From an uncultured delta proteobacterium (GTDB lineage Bacteria > Desulfobacterota > Desulfomonilia > UBA1062), in the NCBI GenBank assembly GCA_963785235.1, contig CAWAUM010000003.1:384001-448000 (forward strand): a stretch of 64,000 nucleotides of DNA. The letters are read 5' to 3'. Within the stretch, counting starts at the first letter, position 1, and each line of letters opens with the position of its first letter. A model generated the notes under the pieces. The model worked only from the letters and a program-made list of their open reading frames with translations. It ran no database searches and was not told where the DNA came from. Shown piece by piece: positions 29,753 through 40,640 of this stretch. The translations under genes were made by a program, and so were the position numbers.

Positions 29753-30538
29753 ATGAACGTACAAGAGATGTTTGATCTCAAGGGCAAGGTCGCCATCATC
29801 ACCGGTGGCGGCAGGGGCATCGGCAAATTCATCGCAACCGGAATGGCAGAGGCAGGTGCTCATGTAGTTCTAGCGTCCAGGAAGCTGGCCAACTGCGAAA
29901 AGGTAGCCCAGGAACTGGCCAAGCTCGGGGTAAAGACGCTCGCACTGAAGTGCGATACCGGTTCCGAGGAAGATATCACAAACCTGGTTGAAACCACCAT
30001 GAAGGAGTTCGGGAAGATCGACATCCTGGTGAATAATGCAGGCATCACATGGGGCGCACCTACCCTGGAATTTCCTCTGGACAGATGGGACAAGATCTTT
30101 GAGGTGAATGTCCGGGGCGTTTGGATCCTTACCCAGAAGGTCGCCAACATCATGAAGGAAAAAGGCGGCGGTAAGATCATAAACATCTCGTCCATCTTCG
30201 GCTCCCGCGGGTCCATTGAGGAAGGTCATCCTGCCGTTGCCTACAACTCATCCAAGGCAGCCATTGAGGTGCTCACTAAAAACCTTGCCGTGAAACTCTC
30301 CCGCTATAACATCTACATCAATTGCATCGCACCCGGTTTCTTCCGGACAGACATGATGGAATACATCTTCAAACCCGACATGAAGCCCATCCTCGACCTG
30401 ACAGTCGCACAGATCCCGCTTCTCAAGTACGGGGAGGAAGACCACGTCAAGGGCCTTGCAGTATTCCTGGCATCCAAGGCATCGGATTTCATGACAGGGA
30501 CCATTATCCCGTTAGATGGCGGAATGGCGGCGAAGTAA
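29753..30538 (+). CDS. Short-chain dehydrogenase/reductase (gluconate 5-dehydrogenase-like SDR)
   Basis: TGGGRGIG, NNAG, YNSSK catalytic motif, IAPGFF, DGG. Confidence 0.9.
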   Translation: MNVQEMFDLKGKVAIITGGGRGIGKFIATGMAEAGAHVVLASRKLANCEKVAQELAKLGVKTLALKCDTGSEEDITNLVETTMKEFGKIDILVNNAGITWGAPTLEFPLDRWDKIFEVNVRGVWILTQKVANIMKEKGGGKIINISSIFGSRGSIEEGHPAVAYNSSKAAIEVLTKNLAVKLSRYNIYINCIAPGFFRTDMMEYIFKPDMKPILDLTVAQIPLLKYGEEDHVKGLAVFLASKASDFMTGTIIPLDGGMAAK

Positions 30539-30557
30539 TAATAACAAAGAAAAGAAC

Positions 30558-30591
30558 CTTGTGAAGAGGGGGTTTTACCCCTCTTCACAAG
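30558..30591. terminator. Terminator hairpin between convergent genes
   Basis: CTTGTGAAGAGGGG...CCCCTCTTCACAAG. Confidence 0.75.
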
Positions 30592-30674
30592 ACGATTCAA
30601 AAAAGGTGTTATAGGGGGAGTGTCAGCCTGGCAGCATGAGATTGACTCCCCTGCAGGGATTATCTTTTTTACCC

Positions 30675-30983
30675 TTAAAGAACTACTACTGAATTCTCAG
30701 CGCCTCCATACTCAGAATAAACATACTTGTCTGCACTGCAGTCGTTTTTCCATACAGTTTCGTCGAGGAGATAACGGAACTGATATTCGTTTCCGCATGA
30801 GAGATTTGTAGAGGCCGCAAACGATCCATCTTTTGATTTCTTCATAGGTGTTGCTCCTACCTCCCAGTCATTGAAGTCCCCTACTACGCATGCTGAGTTG
30901 GCTGATCTGGCCATATCTCCGGACAAAGAGAATATCACCCTGCACACATCCCTATTCTTTACATACATCTTTCTGATTCCCAT
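30675..30983 (-). CDS. Isoamylase early-set / CBM48-like glycogen-binding protein
   Basis: VVGDFNDW, MKK.KDGSF, YQFRYLLD..W.ND..AD, NSVV. Confidence 0.88.
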   Translation of the reverse strand: MGIRKMYVKNRDVCRVIFSLSGDMARSANSACVVGDFNDWEVGATPMKKSKDGSFAASTNLSCGNEYQFRYLLDETVWKNDCSADKYVYSEYGGAENSVVVL

Positions 30984-31214
30984 AAAATCTGCCTCCTTAA
31001 AATTGTACTATGGGCCTGCATCATCTTTACAGCTGCCTCATGATAATTCTACAGGTTCCTTAAGGAAAAACCATGGTTAAGATTGATAAATTAATAACAG
31101 GTAAATGATACTATTTTTTAACAAAACAAAACGATGTACACCCATGGATCGGGGCAAGACTCGTGGATCACTCAGCCCCAAAGGACAGGAGCTCCCTCTT
31201 CCTCTTTCTTTACC

Positions 31215-32522
31215 TCAAAGCTTCCTGGTCAGATATCGGTCCTGATCCATATCCTGCAAATAAACGGCATAATAGTCCTCATCAGGATTATTATACCAGT
31301 TCATGCCCTGATCCCGGCACGCCTTGCAGGCGCCATGCGGTACATGTATGCCTAGGATTCGATAGCCCGTGGATGCAGCCGAGTCGAGCTTGAATGTACC
31401 CGGGCAGGCATCGCAGTAACGAAATACCTCCTGCTGGTTTTCCGTTATGCCGTCCGTGTCATAGAAGATGTTCCTGAACCTTTCTACGAACGGCCTTCTC
31501 TCCGGCCTCAAGCCTTCACGGGCCTGCCACATGGAAAGGATCTGATCGCACAGCCGTTTCGTGTAGTCTGAAATTCTCGGATCCTGCTGTAATTTTTCCC
31601 TGTCGAGGTCCGGTTCCAGCACGTAAGAATAATCCACACCGGCCAGGGCAAGAATAATACCCGTATTCACATAGGGAAGTGCGGCTTCTATGGAGTATCC
31701 GCCTTCCAGAACACAAATGTCGGGTTTGAGAATTTCGTTGAGCCTTGCATATCCCCCGGCAGTGAACGACATATTGGTGATGGGATCGGAATAATGATTA
31801 TCCTGACCTGCAGAGTTGATGATGAGGTCTGGCTTGAATTCATTGATAACCGGCATCACAAGATTTTCCATTGCATGGAGGATGCCCTCATCGCAGGTCT
31901 TAGGCGGCAAAGGGATATTCAGTGTATACCCGCAGGCATTGGGCCCGCCATACTCGGATGGAAACCCGGACCCCGGGTACAATGTTCTGCCGTCTTGGTG
32001 GATAGAGATATACAAAACATTGGGGTCATGCCAATAGATGTCCTGGGTACCGTCTCCATGATGGCAGTCCGTATCAACGATTGCTATCTTTTTAATTCTT
32101 GGGTAATGGCTCCTCACCCATTCCACCATCACGGCCTCGATATTGATGTTACAAAAGCCGCGGGCGCCCTGGACCACCCTCATGGCATGGTGCCCCGGAG
32201 GTCTCACCAGGGCAAAGGCGTTGTCCACTACGCCTTCCAGAACCAGACGGGCTGCCTCAATGCATCCACCTGCCGAGATATTGTGCGACTGAGTAATTCG
32301 TGAACCGACATCGGGGACGCAGAAATGAGCACGGTTGATGTCATGCTCATCTGCAAGACCGGCCTTGAATTCACGGATGCCCTCAATATCCAGTATCCCC
32401 TCTTCCAAGACCTGGTCTTGGGTATAGAGGAGTCTTTCCTTGCGTTCAGGATGGGTGGGTGTAATCTCCCAATCGTATGCAGGAAAAAAAATAAGCCCTG
32501 TCCTTTTTTTTGCCTTGATCAT
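31215..32522 (-). CDS. Histone deacetylase-family amidohydrolase
   Basis: HPER, RPPGHHA, GFC, DTDCHHGDGTQ, SAGQD, LEGGY; TAATG overlap with the upstream gene. Confidence 0.9.
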   Translation of the reverse strand: MIKAKKRTGLIFFPAYDWEITPTHPERKERLLYTQDQVLEEGILDIEGIREFKAGLADEHDINRAHFCVPDVGSRITQSHNISAGGCIEAARLVLEGVVDNAFALVRPPGHHAMRVVQGARGFCNINIEAVMVEWVRSHYPRIKKIAIVDTDCHHGDGTQDIYWHDPNVLYISIHQDGRTLYPGSGFPSEYGGPNACGYTLNIPLPPKTCDEGILHAMENLVMPVINEFKPDLIINSAGQDNHYSDPITNMSFTAGGYARLNEILKPDICVLEGGYSIEAALPYVNTGIILALAGVDYSYVLEPDLDREKLQQDPRISDYTKRLCDQILSMWQAREGLRPERRPFVERFRNIFYDTDGITENQQEVFRYCDACPGTFKLDSAASTGYRILGIHVPHGACKACRDQGMNWYNNPDEDYYAVYLQDMDQDRYLTRKL

Positions 32523-34174
32523 TAAGAGCTCCATTCACGCAGGATGCCGGGCCTTGTCTGTATCTTGACCCTCATGTTCCTTCCCACAGTGGAAAATCCC
32601 CTTATCATGTTGAAACATTGCTCCTCGATGACGCTAAAATCCATATCATCACTAAGCCCCAGAAGGGAAGCATTCGCCCTGATGGCTTCAAATCCAAAGG
32701 CCTTCAGCTCATCGATACTCAGAGTTCGAGCCGCCTCCTTTTCCAGGTTCAGTTCAGGACAGATTATCCTGCACAGCTGGGTATCGGCAAGCAAGGTGAT
32801 TTGAGCCGTTGTACGGGCAAGGGCTGCGCCCAGGGCATTGGCCACCATTGCATGCTCTGGCACCTCACATTCCATATTGAATGCAGCCTGGATATACGGC
32901 TTAAGCAACTGAGCCGGACCTCCGATGAGTATCACCCGGCTCGGCCTGATAATGTCAGGATGGAGCATCTCATAGATAGTATAAACAGGGTGACTGTTCA
33001 CCTCTTCCACAAACTCAAGGGCCGCCTTTTGGATATTATTTACCATAACCGAAAGTATCCTGGAACTGAGCTCCGTGATATCCATACCCAAGGACTCACT
33101 GATGGGCAGAAGAGCTTCTTTGGCCTTTTTAAGGTCTCCGATAGTGTGATTGCCGAGTACAGCCAAAGCATCCATGGGTGTCGGCGCAACACCGCCCATA
33201 CAGGCCGGCAGACCGCTTCTTCCAGGACCAACCCTGAGCTCGCCGGCTTCAGCGCGTACGCACGAATCACCACCGGTGCCCACAGAGATTACCTTGAGTC
33301 CGCGCACCAGTGTCTTGAGGCCGCCAATGTCCACACCTTGCGGTTCCAGAAGAGGGCTGCCATTCAGGAGGATCCCGATGTCCGTCGTCGTACCGCCGAC
33401 ATCCAGCACCAGTGCAGTCCCTTCCTGCTGATTTGTCAGCGCCAAGGCCCCCATCATGCTTGCAGCAGGACCGGACAGAATGGTCTCCACAGGGAGTCTG
33501 CTCGCTGCCGATGAGGCGTAGGTTCCTCCGTCTGCCTTGAGAAAAAACAACGGGGCATCAATCCCCAGCTTAACCATTGCCTTTTGTACGGCTGAAACGA
33601 ATCTTTCCTGCACAGGCATGACCGCTACATTGAGATACGTTGTGTTCAGACGCCTGGGAAAATTCAGACTTCCACTCATAGTATGGCCCTGGCATAGATA
33701 GCGGAAATCATCCTTGATCAAGGACGCTATGAACGATTCATGGGCGGTGTTCCTGACTGAAAATTTTGAGACAACACCAACACCTTCCACATTGGAGTCT
33801 GACATGCACCGTGATGCACGAAGAACCTCTTCTTTATCAATCGACACATATTCACGGCCCCGGTGGTCTATTGCACCACGGACCAGATGGAAGGAATCAG
33901 TCAGAAAATAGTGGCTGGGATCTATACCCGGGCCGGCAGAGATGATCATGCCCGTCTTTGCATATTTCTTCTCCACAATGGCATTTGTGGACAATGTTGT
34001 GGAAAGGACCACCCTCTTGACGCCCTTGAAATCAATGCCGAGGCTGCCCGCCGCCTCCAGGATGGAACCCACAAGATCATCTCCTGTAGGGGTTTTGACC
34101 GTAGAGAAAATCCTTTTTCCTGCCAGGCATACTGCGTCGGTGTGTGTGCCGCCGATATCAATACCTAAAATCAT
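32522..34174 (-). CDS. Hydantoinase A / oxoprolinase-family ATP-dependent protein
   Basis: GIDIGGTHTD, STTLSTN, LSGPAAS, DVGGTTTD, GGDS, ANALGAA. Confidence 0.9.
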   Translation of the reverse strand: MILGIDIGGTHTDAVCLAGKRIFSTVKTPTGDDLVGSILEAAGSLGIDFKGVKRVVLSTTLSTNAIVEKKYAKTGMIISAGPGIDPSHYFLTDSFHLVRGAIDHRGREYVSIDKEEVLRASRCMSDSNVEGVGVVSKFSVRNTAHESFIASLIKDDFRYLCQGHTMSGSLNFPRRLNTTYLNVAVMPVQERFVSAVQKAMVKLGIDAPLFFLKADGGTYASSAASRLPVETILSGPAASMMGALALTNQQEGTALVLDVGGTTTDIGILLNGSPLLEPQGVDIGGLKTLVRGLKVISVGTGGDSCVRAEAGELRVGPGRSGLPACMGGVAPTPMDALAVLGNHTIGDLKKAKEALLPISESLGMDITELSSRILSVMVNNIQKAALEFVEEVNSHPVYTIYEMLHPDIIRPSRVILIGGPAQLLKPYIQAAFNMECEVPEHAMVANALGAALARTTAQITLLADTQLCRIICPELNLEKEAARTLSIDELKAFGFEAIRANASLLGLSDDMDFSVIEEQCFNMIRGFSTVGRNMRVKIQTRPGILREWSS

Positions 34175-34296
34175 AACGACTCCTTCACTTCAAACCATAC
34201 CAATTCATGCCTTAAATGACAATCCTTCATGAAATCTTGCGTTGATCTTATGGATCTGATAGATCACGAAAGTGATAATCCCCTGGGAGGCAAATT

Positions 34297-35445
34297 TTGA
34301 ATAAAATGATACTTGCATGGATATTATTGGTCATGATCCTTGGGTGTTCCTCATCAGACCCACCTTGCCTGATACAGCATATCTGATGATAAGTCCGGTC
34401 TCAGGCCAGAGGATCTTTGCACAGGTCAATTCAGTGACAGACAATCCTCCAATGACCTACCAATGGACAACAACAGCACCAGGCGATGCGCTTGATGTTC
34501 CCGAGACCACACCGTATTCTGCATACTGGATAGCGCCGGAAACCGCAGGTCTCTTACACCATTTCCTGCACAGTTACTGACAAGGAAAAGAAACATATTA
34601 CCCATAACTTCAATATCCTGGTACGACCAAGGACTTTGGAGCGCAACCTTGTCGGGAATAGGATTTGATGTCTTGGCCATAGCCAAGGAAACCGAGTATA
34701 AAACTGGAGGGATCTGGGCTTCAGTAAGAGACAATAAAATCAGGTTCATTACATCAAAGACCAATGAAGAAAGCGTTTGGGGCAAGAATTTCTTCACCAT
34801 GCTCAGCCGGACAGATCCTACCACCCTGGAATTCAAGATATGGGGTGTTGAGGCCATAGGCAACAATATCATTGAGCTTACGGCGTCCTCAGAAGATACC
34901 CTGGCCTGTGGCACATGTTTGAATGTTGATACAATTAAAACTCTGGCTATAGATGTCAACGTACTGAGCACCCTCTGGGTTGGCTCCGATTCAGGCCTCA
35001 ATTATTACGATTCCACTGTCATCCCAACCCTGGAAGAATTATTTTTATGGACAGGTGAATGACCTGTCAGAGGGGCCTGATTATGTCTACGCTGCAACGA
35101 ATACCGGGGTATACAAGCTCGACTATGGGAAAAAGGAGCCGATCTATGGCGGCGATACCTGCGCAGTGCTTGCAGTAAGCAATGGATCAGCAACTGAAAT
35201 TTGGTCCGTAGTTCAGGGTGCGATACAAAAAGACGGCAAGCAGTTCGGTTCTCAGCCTCCGGAGGTAATTTGCAGCCTTGACAAGGATATCACGGGTAAT
35301 ATCTGGTGCGGGAAATACTGGTGGGATGGCAGCCATGTGGCATGAGGTGCCCGGCCTTGAATCCGTTACAATCGTCAAGGCCATTGCCAGCATGGAAGGC
35401 CTGACTTACCTGCTTTCGGACTCAGGGGTTCTGTACCGCTGGTAG
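34297..35445 (+). CDS. Putative lipoprotein with PKD-like and beta-propeller-like segments, reconstructed across several frameshifts
   Basis: GGAGG RBS, signal MNKMILAWILLVMILG-C, then TYQW..ISCTVTD, LWVGSDSGL, YAATNTGVY, GNIWCG, ending LSDSGVLYRW*; the pieces lie in different frames. Confidence 0.6.
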
Positions 35446-36003
35446 GTTTGTACGTGAGGCGATGTCCTTGGCGATGCGCTCAAGCATATTGTTCAAGACC
35501 TCTTCAATGTAAGGTGACGGAACGTCCACATTCTGCAGCCGGGTCATGTGAAATGCACTCATCTTTGAAGACGCCTTTGCCGTGCGATAAAAAAGTGTCT
35601 GGGAATCAGCCGCCCCGAGAACCTTGATCGTCAGGAACACCGTAGTGGGTGAATCATTCCCTCCATAAGAAATGTGATCCAGAGAGCCTGTAATGATGTA
35701 CCCTGTCACGGGTACCTTATCTTTTGTATAGACAACCTGACGGTAGGCCTTCTGCTCGATCAGGTATCCAGCCAACCTCTGTGCGGCATACGCGCCCCAG
35801 CTTTCATTGCCCTTTGCGTCAAGAGGCATAACAACTGCCATACTCAAATAAGTACCTGCAAGACCCTGATCAATGGGAGTAGACTCTTCAAAGATCCTGG
35901 TGGGTTTTACGAGGGCGCAGCCGCTTATAAAGATAAAGGCAAAGAACATTGACCAGAACAACAATGCGGCCCTGCAGTGATGACCTTCCGTTAGCATTCC
36001 CAT
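35422..36003 (-). CDS. Hypothetical lipoprotein
   Basis: Hydrophobic stretch and lipobox FISG-C; soluble alpha/beta body. Confidence 0.65.
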   Translation of the reverse strand: MGMLTEGHHCRAALLFWSMFFAFIFISGCALVKPTRIFEESTPIDQGLAGTYLSMAVVMPLDAKGNESWGAYAAQRLAGYLIEQKAYRQVVYTKDKVPVTGYIITGSLDHISYGGNDSPTTVFLTIKVLGAADSQTLFYRTAKASSKMSAFHMTRLQNVDVPSPYIEEVLNNMLERIAKDIASRTNLPAVQNP

Positions 36004-36114
36004 ACATTGATCCTCCCCTTGCCCTCTTACACTTAAATTATCGGGTTTGCAGCTCTGGATCTTTAATGAAGGCGCCTTATTATTATGAAAACTGAAGATA
36101 GATAGATACAATAA

Positions 36115-36140
36115 AAGGGCTGCCCCTGAGGACAGCCCTT
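36115..36140 (-). terminator. Terminator downstream of the pilin gene
   Basis: AAGGGCTG..CAGCCCTT hairpin followed by TTATT on the minus strand. Confidence 0.65.
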
Positions 36141-36172
36141 GTCGTCACTTAAGATGGAAGACTGGAGGAAGA

Positions 36173-36607
36173 TTACTGTCTCAGGCTGTTCCACATCTGG
36201 GTGTTTACAACCACTACGCCCGCATTTAATGTTCCCCGATTACCATTATTATCAATGGCAAATACAATTCCATCCCCTGCCTGAGCATTCATACCAGTAG
36301 CACTGGCAACAAATCCGGCCTGCCATCCTCCTGCAGCAGCAATCACTTGTATATTATAATTCCTGTTCCCATCGGCATTGGGGTCTTGGAACCCCCTGGC
36401 TACCAGATTAGCAAGGGTGTCGTAACTGTTCCTTTCAGCAAAATTCTTCTCTTCCTGAAGGGCCAGTGTTTCCAGGGCTGTAACTGCTTCTGCCCTCCGT
36501 GTCCTGGTCACGTATGCGGTATATGAAGGAATAGCAATGGCAGCAAGGATCCCTACTATAACCACGACAACCATGATCTCCATGAGGGAAAAACCCTTCT
36601 TATTCAT
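36173..36607 (-). CDS. Type IV minor pilin (PilE/ComP-like)
   Basis: Prepilin motif KKG|FSLMEIMVVVVIVGILAAIAIPSY, then RTRRAEA. Confidence 0.9.
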   Translation of the reverse strand: MNKKGFSLMEIMVVVVIVGILAAIAIPSYTAYVTRTRRAEAVTALETLALQEEKNFAERNSYDTLANLVARGFQDPNADGNRNYNIQVIAAAGGWQAGFVASATGMNAQAGDGIVFAIDNNGNRGTLNAGVVVVNTQMWNSLRQ

Positions 36608-36759
36608 CAACTGTCTCCTTTTCGGATATGGCTCAACCTTACTTATCGGCAGTTTTACCGATGTTGCAATAGGGGACTTCAATTATACCATGTAAAATAT
36701 GCACCCATTGCCGGGCAACCCTTGACTCTCTTGATCCTCTTCGATATATGGATGGGTTC

Positions 36760-38075
36760 ATGAAGGGTCGCATCAAGATATTCACCTATGGCTGCCAGAT
36801 GAACGACCTTGACAGCCTCAAGATGTACTCGGAGCTTTCCACCATGGGGTTTACACCCACCCAGGAGACGGCAGAGGCGGATATCATCATCCTCAACACC
36901 TGCTCTGTCAGACAAAAGGCCTATGAAAAGGCACTCAGCAACCTGGGGAGACTGAAGCGTCATAAGTCGAGGAAGCCTTCTTTAATTATAGCTGTGACAG
37001 GCTGCGTTGCCCAGCAGGAGGGTGATACGCATCAGGGAGCGCATGCCCCATGTGGACATCATCCTTGGCACCCATCAACTCCATCGCCTGCCCGATCTCA
37101 TTAGAGCACATACACAATGCCTCCTATCCAATGACTGAGACCGAGTTTTCCGAGGACATCCCTTCCATGGATATTGTCCCTGACCAGGGTTTATCGGACC
37201 ATCCGCACCGCTCATATATCAATATCATGCAGGGATGCGACAACTACTGCTCATACTGCATCGTACCCTATGTGCGGGGCCATGAGGTCAGCAGGGATTA
37301 CAAAAAAGTTCTCGATGAGATTGACCTGCATGCCTCTCGAGGGGTCAAGGAGGTCTTCCTGCTTGGCCAGAATGTAAATTCCTACAATGGCGGTATAACC
37401 TTCCCGGGGTTATTGAGAAGTATTCATGGTATCGACGGGATCGAACGGATCCGCTTTACCACATCCCACCCCAAGGATGTGAGCGATGGCCTTATTGAGT
37501 GTTTTCAAGACCTCGACAAATTGTGCAGCAATATACACCTCCCCTTCCAGTCCGGCTCCGACAGTGTTCTCAAGGCAATGAACCGGCACTACACCCACGA
37601 TTCATACCTGGGTCTCATTGAACGGCTTCGCTCTGCAAGGCCTGACATTTCCTTCAGCGCGGATGTTATGGTGGGTTTTCCGGATGAGTCGGAGCAGGAT
37701 TACCTGGATACCCTTGCCATCATCAAGACTGTCCGGTTTGATGTGCTCTACTCATTTAAATATTCGGTACGACCCGGCACTGCAGCGGCAGCACAGCTCA
37801 ATGATAATGTTTCTTCTGAAGAAAAGATCGAGAGACTGAAACAACTGCAGGCCCTTCAAAAAAGGATAACCCTTGAAAATAATCAAGACCGCATTGGAAA
37901 GATATATGAAGTCCTTGTAGATGGGATAAGCCCTAAAAACCTGCTTCAGGTCCATGGAAGGACCTCACAAAATGCCATAGTGAACTTCTTGGGTGACCAA
38001 GGTCTTATGGGAAAAACTCAACGGGTCCGCATCACACGCGCCAACCAAAATTCACTCACCGGGGAGATGGCCTGA
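36760..38075 (+). CDS. miaB: tRNA-2-methylthio-N6-dimethylallyladenosine synthase; apparent frameshifts at about 37030-37100
   Basis: TYGCQMN, NTCSVR, GCVAQ; GCDNYCSYCIVPYVRG, FTTSHP, HLPFQSGS, VGFPDES, C-terminal TRAM domain. Confidence 0.9.
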
Positions 38076-38136
38076 TATTTACTAATCAGGTTTTATGTTT
38101 GATCGCTTAGGCCTCTAGTGGTATTAATGGAGAGTC

Positions 38137-39052
38137 ATGGAACAGCCCAAGCGATGGCCTACCATCCTTCTCCTCATCATTATTCAGATTGCCTGGCTTA
38201 TTGTCCTGGTCATAGGGATGGTCTGGTATATTCATTACCGCCAGATCCGCATACGACCCATAGGCGTTTGGGATATTGTCATCATAAGCGAGGTTTCTAT
38301 CCTGTTTACCCTCATCCTTGCAGGGATCTATGCACTCTTCATTCTCTATCAGAGGCAGCTCACCCTCTTGAGGACCCAGATACATATCCTCCAGTCCGTC
38401 ACCCATTCCTTTAAAACACCTTTGGCCACTATGCAGCTCTACCTCGAAACAATCACCAAGAGGGAACTCCCTGAAAGCACAAAGGCAGAGCTCTTTGATG
38501 GCATGCGAACCGTAAACCAGCGATTGAAATCCCTGGTCTATAACTTCCTGGAGAGCGCCCGTCTGAGCTCCAAGCAAAGACCCTATATATTCTCCCCCAT
38601 TTCCTTGCCTCAACTCATTTCGTCCTACATAATGAATAACGAGGTGTTTCTCAAAGATGTGGAGCTGCATATCCACGCACTCGATGAGTACTATCCCCGT
38701 CTTAGTGGATAGCGATGCATTTGAAATGGTCTTTTCAAATCTTATCGAAAACGCCATCCATTATTCAACCTCATCACCCCGGGTGGAGATCAAGATGTGG
38801 AAAGAAGACAAGTGGGCATTTATCGAATTATCTGATAGAGGGATCGGCATACCCGAAGAACAACACCGGGATGTATTCAAGATGTTCAAGAGGCTCCCGG
38901 AGGGAGCCAGCCTCTGGGGTTCGGGAACAGGCATGGGCCTGTATGTGGTCAAGGGTATCATAAAATCACATGGAGGGAATATCAGGGTGAACGTTATCGA
39001 TAAGGGAGAGGGCACCTCCTTCAGAATCCGGTTGCCCCTTGCACGCTCATGA
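38137..39052 (+). CDS. Two-TM sensor histidine kinase; frameshift at about 38690
   Basis: Two TM helices, VTHSFKTPL H-box; NLIENAIHY, DRGIGI, GTGMGL in the second frame. Confidence 0.85.
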
Positions 39053-39738
39053 CAATCAAATGGCGCATCCTTATTGTCGAAGATGACCATGCACTCTCAC
39101 TGGGCCTCAGAATAAATCTTGAAGCGGAAGGGTATGAGGTCCTCCATGCACTAACAGCGGAAGAAGGCTTGACCATCCTTGACAACTCCAGTGTAGACCT
39201 TGTTGTTCTCGATCTCATGCTGCCTGGCATGGACGGTATTGAAGCGCTTGAGCGTATACGGGGCGAGAACCTTAAGCTGCCTGTGCTCATCCTCACCGCA
39301 CGTTCTTCAGTGGATGACAAGATTGAGGGTCTGAAGGCCGGGGCCGATGACTACCTTACCAAGCCCTTTCACCTGGAGGAATTTCTCCTCAGGGTACATA
39401 GGATGCTCGACCGTTACCAGTGGTATAAAAATGAGGACTCTCTGTTAATCGGTAAAACGAAAATCGACTTCAACACCCTTGAGATCATTGATCCTGCAGG
39501 AAAGATCTCACGCATCACCCCCCATGAAGCAAACCTCATCCAGTATCTCACCCTTCACCAGGACCGTATTGTCACTCGTTCCGAGCTTCTTAAGAATGTC
39601 TGGGGCCTCGATCCTGATATCGAGACCAGGACCGTGGACACGTTCATTTCCCGGATAAGAAGATATCTGGAGAGAGACCCCTCCAAACCCGAACACATCA
39701 TCAGCATCAGGGGCAAGGGATACCGTTTCATCCCCTAA
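39049..39738 (+). CDS. OmpR/PhoB-family response regulator
   Basis: IVEDD, LDLMLP, GADDYLTKPF, TRTVDTFI, RGKGY. Confidence 0.93.
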   Translation: MTIKWRILIVEDDHALSLGLRINLEAEGYEVLHALTAEEGLTILDNSSVDLVVLDLMLPGMDGIEALERIRGENLKLPVLILTARSSVDDKIEGLKAGADDYLTKPFHLEEFLLRVHRMLDRYQWYKNEDSLLIGKTKIDFNTLEIIDPAGKISRITPHEANLIQYLTLHQDRIVTRSELLKNVWGLDPDIETRTVDTFISRIRRYLERDPSKPEHIISIRGKGYRFIP

Positions 39739-39778
39739 GGAGTTAAGTAAGCTACTATATACAGGAGGCATTCATAGT

Positions 39779-40567
39779 ATGAAAACTCATATAAATAAGC
39801 TGCTGCTGTCCGTTATAACGTTAAGCCTTGTCCTTGTAACCATGTACGGATGTGCTTCCGCCCCCTATTCCGGCAGAAAACAGATCCTCCTGATTTCCGA
39901 AGGTGAAGAGATGTCTCTTGGTGTTAAGGCCTACCAGGATATCCTTAAGAAGGAAAAAATTTCCACAGACCCCAAGGTTAATGCCATGGTCAAACGGGTT
40001 GGTACCCGCATTGCGGCTGTTGCCAACAAACCCGAATATGCCTGGGAGTTCACGGTAATCGACAATCCCAAGACCGTTAATGCCTTTGCGCTTCCGGGCG
40101 GGAAGGTAGCGGTCTACACCGGTATCCTCCCTTACACCCAGACCGAGGCAGGACTTGCATTTGTGGTGGCTCACGAAGTAGGTCATGCCATCGCCCGTCA
40201 TGGCGGTGAGAGGATGAGCGAACAGCTCCTATTCCAGCTCGGCCAGCAGGGCCTAAACATAGCCATTGCAAGCAAGAGTCCTGCAGCCATTGAAGCCATC
40301 AATACCGGATATGGGTTGGCATCAACTGTTGGCGTAATACTTCCCTTCAGCAGGACAATGGAATATGAAGCGGACCACATCGGCCTGATCCTCATGGCAA
40401 AGGCCGGATATGACCCAAGAGAAGCCCCCGGTTTCTTCGAGCGCATGATGAAGGCCTCAAAGAATGCAAAACCACCGGAATTCCTATCCACTCACCCTGC
40501 AGACCAGGCGCGTATCAGGCAGATCAATGCGTTCATACCGGAAGCTATGACATATTATCATAAGTAA
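39779..40567 (+). CDS. M48-family Zn metallopeptidase lipoprotein
   Basis: Lipobox MYG-C, NAFALPGG, HEVGH, FSR.MEYEAD, LSTHP. Confidence 0.92.
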   Translation: MKTHINKLLLSVITLSLVLVTMYGCASAPYSGRKQILLISEGEEMSLGVKAYQDILKKEKISTDPKVNAMVKRVGTRIAAVANKPEYAWEFTVIDNPKTVNAFALPGGKVAVYTGILPYTQTEAGLAFVVAHEVGHAIARHGGERMSEQLLFQLGQQGLNIAIASKSPAAIEAINTGYGLASTVGVILPFSRTMEYEADHIGLILMAKAGYDPREAPGFFERMMKASKNAKPPEFLSTHPADQARIRQINAFIPEAMTYYHK

Positions 40568-40575
40568 TCTCTCCT

Positions 40576-40624
40576 TTGACACGTTCGACACAATGATTTA
40601 TATGAATCTTATAGTTTAACTTCA
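40576..40624 (+). promoter_or_regulatory. Sigma70-like promoter plus operator palindrome of the MerR-family gene
   Basis: TTGACA at 40576, TATATG 17 nt later, operator TATAGTTTAACTTCA at 40610-40624. Confidence 0.65.
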
Positions 40625-40640
40625 TGCTTAAGAGGAGCAG

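Noticed and set aside
34570-35062. TGA-ended fragments as selenocysteine or stop-codon read-through
   Set aside because: Downstream coding continues in different frames, so these are indels rather than in-frame recoding
36643-36669. Sigma28 promoter for the pilin gene (GCCGATAA on the minus strand)
   Set aside because: The -35 position reads TTGC rather than TAAA, and an extended -10 sigma70 element explains the promoter
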